Part shown: positions 44,821 through 54,557 of the stretch, piece by piece
Position numbering within the stretch: the first letter of the stretch is position 1
How the letters are laid out: each line of letters opens with the position of its first letter
Assembly: GCF_009914755.1 (NCBI RefSeq)
Contig: NC_060932.1
DNA from: the human T2T-CHM13v2.0 reference genome, Homo sapiens
DNA length: 64,000 nucleotides
Strand: one strand, 5' to 3'
Position numbers and translations under genes: made by a program
Notes under the pieces: generated by a model
What the model saw: the letters and a program-made list of their open reading frames with translations, nothing else
Told to the model about the DNA's origin: nothing
Databases searched by the model: none

Positions 44821-45624
44821 GGTGCAGCTGTTGGTGCCAGTGTTGCTGGTGTTGGTGCTGCTGGTGCAGGTGCTGGTGCTGTTTGTGCTCGTGCTGCTGG
44901 AGATGCAGGTGCTGGTGGCGCTGATGCTGCTGGTGCTGTTGGTACTGGTGCTGGCACTGCCTGTGGTTCTTGTTTTGCTAGTGCTGGTGCTGTTGCCACT
45001 GGTGCTGGTGCTCCTACTGCTGCTCGTGCTATTAGTGTTGGTGCTGGTGCTGCTGGTACAGATTATGGTGCTGGTGCTGCTGGTGGTACTGGTGCTGGTG
45101 TTTGCACTGGTGCTGCTTGTGGTACTGATGCTGGTGCTGGTGCTGCTGCTGCTGGTGTAGGTTCTGCTGCTGGTGCTGCCAGTACTGTTGCTGCTGGTGG
45201 TGCTGGTGCCAGTGGTGCTGGTGCTGGTGCAGGTGCTGCTGGTCCTGTTTGTGGTACTGGTCCTGGTGTTGCTGGTGCAGGTGCTGCTGCTGCTGCTGCT
45301 GCTATTAGTGCTGCTAGTGATGCAGGTGCTGGTGGTGCTGATGCTGCTGGTAGTGCAGGTACCGGTGCTAATGCTCCTGGTGCAGTTGCTGGTGCTGCTG
45401 GTGCTGGTGTTGCTTGTGCTACTGGTGCTGGTGAATGTGCTAGTGCTGGTGCAGGCGCTGGTGCTGCTAGTGCAGTTGCTGGTGCTGGTGCTGGTTCAGG
45501 CACTGGTGCTGCTTGTGCAGGTGCTAATGCTGCTGGTGCTGGCGCTGGTGCTACCTGTGTTAGTACTGGTGGTGCTGGTGCAGTCACTGGTACTGCTGGT
45601 GCTGCTGCATGTGCTGGCACTGAT
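44821..45624. repeat. Degenerate (GGT/GCT)n triplet-phased low-complexity repeat
   Basis: ~800 bp of GGT/GCT/GTT/ACT/AGT triplets in one unbroken phase; gives a 307-aa Gly/Ala ORF (44812-45735). Confidence 0.95.
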
Positions 45625-46717
45625 GGAGTGTATATCATAAGTCTGATGCTCTGCTCAGAGTTTGGATTTACCCTGAATTCTCATTACAGCATCCTTTCCC
45701 TCTCCTGCTTTCCTTCCTGTGCTTTGATACATTAACAAACTATTCCCTAATATTTCAGGGTACCTGGACTTAATCTAAGGCTCACAATGCCTTTTCTCAT
45801 GTTTCCACAAAACCACAGATGCAAATGACACATTCATAGAAAGGCATCTTTCCCTTCCTCTCTGTAAGCAGAACCCGAAGCTCACAGAGATGCATCTGTT
45901 CTTATGCTATAAACAGTGGCATGTCACCATCCCCCTGTTATTAGTGTAACTGCTGTGCATGCCGAGTAGATGCCTTTATCTTAGGAGCTGTATGTGAAAT
46001 GGCCCAGAAACATCATATTAAGACTCAAAAGATGCAATTTAAATTTCCTCTGGCTGTAGAGATGCCACCAACACAGTGATTACATGTGTCAAGCAAGTGC
46101 AATGCAGGAGGGTTCCCTGTAATTGTGGATCCCAGGCCATGGACTTCAGATGGAGGTGAAGACCTGGTGAAAGGGGCATGCATTGCTGGGCTGTGCTTGG
46201 GTATAGCAGGTACTCGGCGCATACGTGGGAGTTATTAATTTCAGAGATAGAAGGGGCTAAGGGAGCAGTGAGTGGAGGGATTGTTGCTGTTAATGAGAAA
46301 GATTAGGCTCAGAAAGCCATTATTGGCGTAAGGTCATGATCACACATCGAGGCAGAGTCAGGACTAGAACTCAGAACGTCTAAATGCAAATCCAAACCCA
46401 CTCATTTGTTCACAAAATATATTTTGAATGCCTACTAAGTTGTAGGTTCTATGCAAAGTAATCCACATACATGGGGAATAAGAAAAGTATTTTTCTCTAA
46501 GAGTTTACTGTCTGGCTACATCTTAGAGGCATCCTGGTACTTCAACAGACACCAAAGCCTGGCCCTGGTTCCAGAGTTTCTGATTTAATAGGCCTTTGAA
46601 GGGGCCCAGGTATTGATGTTTTCCAAAGCTTTCCAGGATGAAGAATTTTCAGTTGAATGCTGCACCGTCCAACAGGTGGTTGTTGCAATGTGGCTAGTTC
46701 ATAGTGCCATGTGCTAT

Positions 46718-46904
46718 TGAGAGGTGAAGCCAGCTGGACTTCTGGGTTGGGTGGGGACTTGAAGAACTTTTCTGTCTTACAAGTGGTTTGTAAAATGCAC
46801 CAATCAGTGCTCTGTAAAAATGCACTAATCAGTGCCCTATGGCTAGCTAGAGGTTTGTAAAATGGACCAATCAGCACTCTGTAAAATGGACCAATCAGCA
46901 CTCA
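46718..46904 (+). mobile_element. 5' LTR12, truncated within U3 and fused to pol
   Basis: CCAATCAG repeats then an abrupt switch to RNase H sequence (gtaacagtacttgaaagtaagcc). Confidence 0.85.
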
Positions 46905-48140
46905 GTAACAGTACTTGAAAGTAAGCCTCTTCCCCCAGGGACCAGTGCCCAGCTAGCAGAACTACTGGCACTTATCCAAGCCTTAGAACTGGGAAAGGGA
47001 AAAAGAATAAATGTGCATACAGATAGCAAGTATGCTTATCTAATCCTACATGCCCATGCTGCAATATGGAAAGAAAGGGAGTTCCTAACCTCTGGGAGAA
47101 CCCACATTAAATACCAGAAGGAAATTATGGAGTTATTGTACACAGTGTAAAAATTCAAGGAGTTGGCAGTCTTACACTGCCAAAGCCATCAAAAAGGTGA
47201 AGGAGAAAAAGCAGAAGGAAACCATCAGGCAGACACTGAGGCCAAAATTGCTGCCATGTTGAACCTCCCATTAGAAATATATATGGAAGGGCCTTTGGTA
47301 TGGAATAACCCTTTCCAAGAGATTAAGCCCCAGTATTCCCTGACTGAAACAGAATGGGGACTTTTGCGGGGGCATAGTTTTCTCCCCTCAGGGTAGTTAA
47401 CAACAGAAGAGGGAAAGGTACTCATACCTGAAGCTAGCCAGTGGAAAATACTTAAGACCCTCCACCAAACTTTTCATATGGGTTTTGAGAACACTCATCA
47501 AATGGCTAAATCCCTGTTTACAGGGCCAAATCTCCTCTGGACCATCCGACAAGTAGTCAAATCCTGTGAGATGTTCCAAAGGAATAATCCCTTGGTCCAT
47601 CGTGAGGCCCCTCTGGGGGAACAAAGAATAGGTCACTATCCTGGAGAGGACTGGCAGTTAGACTTCACCATATGCCTAAGTCAAAGGGATTTCAATACTT
47701 GTTGGCCTGTGTTGACACCTTCACAAATTGGATAGAAGCCTTTCCCTACAAGACAGAGAAGGCTTGGTAAGTGGTTAAAGTCCTAATTCCTAGATTTGGG
47801 CTTCCCCAAAGCTTACAAAGTGACAATGGTCCAGCTTTTAAGGCCACAATAACTCAGGGAATTTCTAGGGCGCTAGGGATACAATGTCACCTTCACTGCA
47901 CCTGGAGGCCACAATCCTCAGGGAAGGCCAAGAAGACAAAACACTCAAGAGGCACTTAAGGAAACTAACAAAAGAAACTCATCTCCCATAGCCTACTCTC
48001 ACCCATGGCCTTGTTAAGAATCCGAAATTCTCCTAAAAAAATGGGGCTTAATCCATATGAAATGCTGTATGGATGACCTTTGCTCACAAATGACCTCCTA
48101 TTTGATCAGGAAACAGCCAACTTGGTCAAGGATATAACTT
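46905..48140 (+). pseudogene. pol: HERV9 pol remnant (RNase H and integrase)
   Basis: Fragments TDSKYAYLILHAHAAIWKER, PGEDWQLDFT, LQSDNGPAF, WRPQSSGK; stops and frameshifts. Confidence 0.9.
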
Positions 48141-48818
48141 AGTATGGGAAAATGAAAACAACAAACTCACACACCTTTTTAGCATACACAGCCAGTTTTG
48201 TCTACCCAGCCAAGGCATATTCTTCTTATGTGGAACTTCAACCTCTGCCTCCCCACCAACTGGACTGGCACCTGCACCTTAGTCTTCCTAAGTTCCAACA
48301 CTGACATTGCCCCAGGAAATCGGACCCTATTAGTGCCCCTCAAGGCTCAAGTTCGTCAGCGCAGGGCCATACAACTAATACTCCTACTTATAGGGTTACA
48401 AAAGACCACTGCTACAGGAACAGGAATAGCCAGTTTATCTACTTCATTATCCTACTACCACACACTCTCAAGGTATTTCTCAGACAGTTTGCAAGAAATA
48501 ACAAAATCTATCCTTACTCTACAATCCCAAATAGACTCTTTGGCAGCAGTGACTCTCCAAAACCGCCGAGGCCTAGACCTCCTCACTGCTGAGAAAGGAG
48601 GACTTTGCGCCTTCTTAGGGGAAGAGTGTTGCTTTTACACTAATCAGTCAGGGATAGTACGAGATGCCGTCTGGCATTTACAGGAAAAGGCTTCTGAAAT
48701 CAGACAATGCCTTTCAAACTCTTATACCAATGTCTGGAGTTTGGTGACATGGGTTCTCCCCTTTCTAGGTCCCATGACAGCCATCTTGCTATTACTCACC
48801 TTTGGGCCCTGTATTTTT
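48141..48818 (+). pseudogene. env: HERV9 env remnant (end of SU and TM)
   Basis: RQRR furin site, LQNRRGLDLLTAEKGGLC immunosuppressive motif, CX6CC; cut off at FGPCIF by the nested insert. Confidence 0.92.
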
Positions 48819-48950
48819 TTTTTTTTTTTGCAGCACAAGATTTATTAAAGCAAAAGTGAAAGTAAAACAAAAGTGAAAGTGGAGCCTCCACAAGGGTGGA
48901 AGGGGACCCAGAAGTGTTGCCGTTTTTTGGCTTGGATGTCTTATGCTTAT

Positions 48951-49217
48951 ACTCAAGAGGCACTTAAGGAAACTAACAAAAGAAACTCATCTCCCATGGC
49001 CTACTCTCTTGCCCATGGCCTTGTTGGGAATCCGAAATCCTCCTAACAAAATGGGGTTCAGTCCATATGAAATGCTGTAGGGACGACATTTGCTCACAAA
49101 TGACCTCCTACTTGATCAGGAAAGAGCCAACTTGGTCAAGGATATAACTTAGTATGGGAAAATGAAAACAACAAACTCACACACTTTTTTAACATACACA
49201 ACCAGTTTTGTCTACCC
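48951..49217 (+). repeat. 267-bp copy of host HERV9 pol-env sequence 47943-48207 inside the nested LTR
   Basis: Direct alignment by eye, roughly 93% identical. Confidence 0.95.
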
Positions 49218-49689
49218 CTTATGACCCCTCCTCTTTTCCTTTTTCTGTCCTATAGAACTAGCTTATTTTCAATCTGCTTGTGGGTTGGTGGGCCTGATTG
49301 GTTAAAAACATCAGGCTGCAGCTAGAGCTTAAATTCCCTACATGATTGATTGAAGTCTCAATCCCTTAGCTTGCAGCTATGACTTATCTTGGCTTAGGGA
49401 AAGTCCCCTTGGATTGGTTGAAGTTTCAATCCCTTAGCTTGCAGCTACAATTTATTTTGGCTTAGGGGAAAGTCCCCTTAGGGAAGTCCCTATTGACCCT
49501 GGAAGTCCAGCCAACTTAGCCACTTAGTCCCTTAGTCCCCTCCTCAACAGGAAAGCTCAAGTGCTGTTGGGAAGTTGGGCGATGATCATTCTAGCTACTT
49601 CCTGCTGAATTAGGGCATAGAAGGGGCTCTGCAGTTGAGGTTTCCTCGAGAGGGGAGTCTTCAGTGTCATGGTGTGAGAACAGGTTGGC

Positions 49690-50247
49690 GGGTCAGTCTA
49701 GGGGTCCTTGATAGTAGGTGCTAGTGGTGGTCATTTTGGGCTCCATTTGTAGAACCATTTGCATGGATTCTATTCTGGAAGAGATAAATTTTACAAGGAG
49801 GTTAAAAATGCAGGGTCCATACATAAGCAACATCACAATAGCCACCATGGGTCCCAAGAATGGGAGAAGCCAGGGCATCCACTGGTTGACAATACTCCAA
49901 GGTCCTGTGTCATGGAGATCTTGTGCCTGGCACTGTATCTGGTCTCAAAGCTCTTTAACCTTCTGGATGACAATTCCGGATTGATTAACAAAATAGCAGC
50001 ACTCTTCTCCTAGAAAAAGACAGGTTCCACATCTTTTGGCTGTTAATAAATCTAAGGCTCTCCGATTTTGAAGGGCTGCTGCTGCTAATGAGTTAAGCTG
50101 GCTTTATAAGGTGACCAGCAAACCTGCGACTCATTCTATGTCATCATTTAACTCTTGTGATAATTTGTAATAAAATTGGGTGGAGGTGGTAATGCCTCCA
50201 ATGCCGGTCCATAGTCCTCCTAATATCCCAGCCCTGATAATGAATGG
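49690..50247 (-). pseudogene. env: Nested ERV env TM remnant (HERV-W/syncytin-1-like)
   Basis: GIGGITTSTQFYYKLSQELN, LQNRRALDLL, CLFLGEECCYFVNQSGI, MPWLLPFLGP; in-frame stops. Confidence 0.9.
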
Positions 50248-51089
50248 CAGGACAGTCCAGGTAAGCTGAGAAGCTGGGTTTGACAGATCTTTAAAGGCAA
50301 ATAGAAATTGAGAGTCAGGATGCAGACAGATACAGAAGGAAGTGTCCTTAAGATCTAGGACTGTAAACCATTCTGCTTCCTCTGGTATCTGGGAGAGTAG
50401 AGTATAAGGATTAGGTACAACCGGATACAGAGGAAAAACTGCCTCATTGATAATTCTGAGGTCTTGCACTAACCTCCATTGTGCGTTGGGTTTTTGTATG
50501 TCTAGAATAGGAGTGTTGCATGGACTGCTGCATGGCTTTAGTAACCCCTGTGCTTTTAGGTCTTTGATGATCTTTTGTAACCCTTGTTGGGCTTCTGGTC
50601 TGAGGGGTACTGCGTTTGATAAGGAAAGGAGGTAGGATCCTTTAATTTAACTTGAACTGGACAAGCATTTTTTGCTCATCCATATTGTCCTTCCTCTGCC
50701 TAGATGTCAGGATTAACTCCCTCCTCGAGCAGAGGGCAGCAAACAGGTATTCCTTCTCCTGCATGCAATTATATAATGGCCCCTGCTTTAGCTAATATGT
50801 CCCTCTCTAGTAAAGGAGGAGGGCTCTGAAGCATAATAAGAAAGGCAAGTGAGAAAAATAAGGTTCCCCAGCCACAACTTAGGGGGTGGGAGAAATACCT
50901 AGTGACTGGCTGTCCTAGGACCACTTTGATGGTGACAGACCTGGAGGACAGTTTTCCAGGACAGAAGAGTAAAACTGAGAAGGCCACACCAGTGTCCAAG
51001 AGGAAGTTAGTTTCCTGGCCCTCAATGGTTAAGCTTATCCAGGGCTCTGTGAGGGTGATGGCATGGGCTGGCGCCTGCCCTGGACACCC
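50248..51089 (-). pseudogene. pol: Nested ERV protease and N-terminal RT remnant
   Basis: LDTG protease motif; QDLRIINEAV, WFTVLDLKD, QLTWTVLP RT motifs; truncated before YXDD. Confidence 0.9.
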
Positions 51090-52251
51090 TTAGTCCTGTT
51101 GTTGGACCATCTGGTTAGTGGCCTCTGGCCCAGAGGACCTTTGCCCTCGGGGGCAGTGTGCCTTCTAGTGATCACTCTGGCACAAGGGACATGGACGAGG
51201 AGACAGCTTATTGTTGTTTGGGCAGTCCTTTCTGAAACGCCCCTGTAAGCCACACTGATAACAAGCCCCGTTAGGCGGGTTGCCTGCCCAGCCTTTCTTT
51301 CTTTCAGTGCCACCGAAGTTCATCTGCCTGAGGGCCATGACTATGGTGGCAGCCTTTTTCTTGTCTCATCTGTCTCGTTCAGCCTGCTCCTCCTGATCCC
51401 TATTATAAAATGCCAAAGTTGCCAAATTCAATAGAGTTTCCAAGTTTTGCTCGGGGCCCAGGGCAGACATTTGAAGTTTTTTTTCTAATGTCTGCAGCTG
51501 ACTGAGTGATAAACTTATCCTTTAAAATTAGTTTTCTTCCTTCTCCTGCGTTATGGTGGACATCATTGAGAAATTCATTGGCTTTTTTCTGGTCTTTCTT
51601 AATCCCTCTAGTATACAAGTCAGTAAATGCCTGCAATTCTAGTCTCCATGCTCTGAATCGAGGTCGCAATGGGGATCCACACTGGGAACTGCCTGTTGGC
51701 CTGTGGGGAATAGTTCCCTTTCTTCTGATGTCATTTTATCATTTATCTGGCTTAGGTACCAGAGATCCCCAAACTGCCTGGCCGCAGCTAAGGCAGCCTC
51801 TTTTTTGTTGGGAGTTAACGTTTGACCTAACAACAACATAATATCTCTCCCTGCTAAATCAAAAGATTGTCCTAACCCCTATAAGAGGTCTATGTATCCA
51901 TCAGGATTATCTGAGAATTTTCCTAGGTCCAGTTTGATCTGTTTTAAGTCTGAGAGGGAAAAGGGGACATGTACTCACGCTGGGCCAAAGTCTCCTCCTC
52001 CTCCCACAGCTTGGAGGGGACACAATTGAGGGCCATTGGCACCTTTGGTTCCTTGACTATCTTTTTGTCTGGTTCCTTTTCAGGCCGTTAGGGCCAAAGG
52101 AGAGTCCTTACTAGTGGGAGGGGGAGCAGTGGGGGGACCTGGGTGTGGGGGTAGGCTTTAAGGATCCCTGGTAAGATGTAAATCAAATTGGTCCCAAATT
52201 ATCCAGAATACACCTCAGAGGTGGCTTCACTTTTGAGGGAACATCTCCCAT
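51090..52251 (-). pseudogene. gag: Nested ERV gag remnant
   Basis: atgggagatgttcc start, ILDNWDQF, MLLLGQTLTPNKKEAALAAARQFGDLWY, degenerate zinc knuckle, QQQD-stop. Confidence 0.85.
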
Positions 52252-53820
52252 CTGAAGGGAGGGCATAGGAGTGCCCACGCTCCTAGTCATGCCCTAGTGA
52301 GCACTAGTCCTAGAGTGTCCCCTACAGTTCTAATGTCCTTTTCTTTCCAGGGTGCACAATCACCCATGGAACCCTGCTTATCAGATTTATTTGCACTTAC
52401 TGATGTAGCAATTTTGCCCACACTCATTTCCTGCCCTTTTTTAGCTGCAAAAAAGGGGGCTGGGGCTGCTGGATTTTAGTGGCTCCTTACCAGTGTGCCC
52501 ACAATTGTCTTTGCATCTGCAAGTGGGTCTTAGGTTCAGGGTGTATTTTGAGTTTAGAGACCAGTCACCAATTAGCATATTTCCAGGCTTGGAGCTGTCC
52601 CAGCAAGATAAATTCCTTGAAAATGGCACTGAAGCACAACAGTTTTAGGGTAGGCAGTGGCAAATTGGAGGACCATGGTTGGCGCAGTGCTTTTTGTACC
52701 TGAATTTTCTGTTCCCTATTTGCCCTCCTAAGAATATTCATTGACCTTTGGTCTTGAATAGGGGGACCTATTATCTATTATATTGTTTTTGGCCCATAGT
52801 CTGACTGCTTCGAGTGGAGAAGTTCTACAGTTCTAATTGCTGATCCCAAACAGGAAAGGTGGTAATTAAAGTGGCCTCTATAATCTGGAGTAAGTTTAGG
52901 GCAACAAAAGGAAAAATGTCCTAGGACTTCTGTCAGCCACTCACATGCCTTTTGATGTCCCGGATAGTGCCTAGGGTACAGGTTATGAGGGACAGGTCTC
53001 ATATAAGTATATTGATACATATTTGCATAAGAATAAGCCTGGGGGCACCATGGGCAAGGGTCTTTGGATTGCCACTCCACTCGACTTAGGCTTCTAGCCA
53101 AAAGATTCTTAGACTCAGGGGTAGGAAAGATCCTAGAAGAGAGGGCCTAAAGTATTCTCTGAGGACATTAGGACCCAGGAGGCATGGGTCAGAAAAGGCA
53201 GGGAATGCATGCATGGGCGGCTGCAGACTAGAGGCTTCTTGCTGTGCCATGATCTTGACTGGGTCAGTGCCAGGAGTTTGGGGGACAGTTTTCCACCTCC
53301 AGCCAGCCCTCAGCTTTTCCCAGGAAAGGTAGAGAAAGGTGGAACTGGTTTCAGGCAAACCAATGCTCCCAGCCTGGAGGGCCAGGGGTTGTTAGAGAGC
53401 CCTTTCCCAGAAAGCCTCACACCTGTGTCTTAAGTCCGGTGGCAGTGCTTGTTGCTTTTAAATGGCCGATGGGTGCCTGGTGTTTTCCTCCAAGTTCTAG
53501 TGAGAAGATAGAACAGAATAGCAAGTGAAAAGGGTTCAATGTTACTGTCTGTTTTGGAGAAATCCCAGGTGGGCCCCCAGAAATGAGACAAGAGGTAATG
53601 TCCCGATCAAAGGTCTTTTCTCGATTGAAGGGCTGGTGGTCTCACGGGCTTCAAGGAATGAAGCCATGGACTGCAGCGGTGAGTGTTACGGCTCAATTAG
53701 AGAAACACACAGACCCAAAGAGTGTGTGGTGGCAAGATTTATTAAAGTGAAAGTGAAAGTAAAACAAAAGCAAAAGTAAAGCTTCCATGCAGTGGAAGTG
53801 GACCTGGAAGGGTTGTCCCA

Positions 53821-54102
53821 GGCCCTGTATTTTTAACCTCCTTGTCAAATTTGTTTCCTCCAGGATCGAGGCCATCAAGCTACAGATGGCCTTACAAATG
53901 GAACCCCAAATGAGCTCAACTAACAACTTCTACCAAGGCCCCTGGATTGACCCACTGTCCCTTTGACTGGCCTAGAGAGTTCTCCTCTGGAGGACACTAC
54001 AACTGCAGGGCCCCTTCTTTGCCCCTATCCAGCAGGAAGTAGCTAGATTAGTCCTCACCCCATTCCCAACAGCAGTTGGGGTGTCCTGTCTAGAGGGTGG
54101 AT
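53821..54102 (+). pseudogene. env: Continuation of host HERV9 env (cytoplasmic tail) and 3' untranslated region
   Basis: GPCIFNLLVKFVSSRIEAIKLQMALQMEPQM resumes exactly where 48818 stopped. Confidence 0.9.
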
Positions 54103-54557
54103 TGAGAGGTGAAGCCAGCTGGACTTCTGGGTTGGATGGGGACTTGAAGAACTTTTCCGTCTTACAAGAGGTTTGTAAAATGCACCAATCAGAGCTCTGT
54201 AAAAAAGCACCTATCAGCACTCTGTGGCTAGCTAGAGGTTTGCAAAATGTGCCAATCAATGCTCTGTAAAAATGCACCAATCAGCACACTGTAAAATGGA
54301 CCAATCAGCAGGACATGGGTGGGGACAAGTAAGGGAATAAAAGCTGGCCACCCCAGACAGCAACGGCAACCTGCTTGGGTCCCCTTCCACACTGTGGAAG
54401 CTTTGTTCTTTCACTTATCACAATAAATCTTGCTGCTGCTCACTCTTTGTGTCTGTGCCACCTTTAAGAGCTGTAACATTCACTGCAAAGGTCTGTGGCT
54501 TCATTCTTGAAGTCAATGAGACCATGAACCCACCAGAAGAAACCAACTCTGGACACA
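54103..54557 (+). promoter_or_regulatory. Complete 3' LTR12 with several CCAAT (NF-Y) boxes, TATA-like element and polyA signal
   Basis: TG...CA ends; ccaatca at ~54185, 54252, 54277, 54301; gaataaaagctgg ~54335; aataaa ~54422. Confidence 0.85.

Larger units (their letters stand above)
48819..53820 (-). mobile_element. Processed (L1-mobilised) copy of an HERVW9-group ERV, probably HERV30/LTR30
   Basis: Minus strand: R-U5, PBS-like tgggggcccacctgggat, gag-pro-RT/env, PPT, U3-R, AATAAA then polyA; 14-bp TSD ggccctgtattttt at 48805-48818 and 53821-53834; family name tentative. Confidence 0.85.
46718..54557 (+). mobile_element. HERV9 (LTR12-family) provirus, internally deleted and carrying a nested insertion
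   Basis: Two similar LTRs starting tgagaggtgaagccagctgg; 4-bp TSD ctat at 46714-46717 and 54558-54561; PPT agagggtggat before the 3' LTR; pol and env remnants. Confidence 0.9.

Noticed and set aside
44762-45640. Poly-Val/Leu membrane-protein-like ORFs and antisense Pro/Ala ORFs
   Set aside because: Alternate frames of the same triplet repeat; no independent coding evidence
48198-48848. Possible captured syncytin-like env gene (216 aa)
   Set aside because: No ATG start (TTG), no signal peptide, most of SU deleted, C-terminus cut by the nested insertion
48830-53820. Divergence between the 5' and 3' R regions of the nested ERV as a sign of a chimeric source
   Set aside because: Many differences are reciprocal CA/TG pairs consistent with CpG decay
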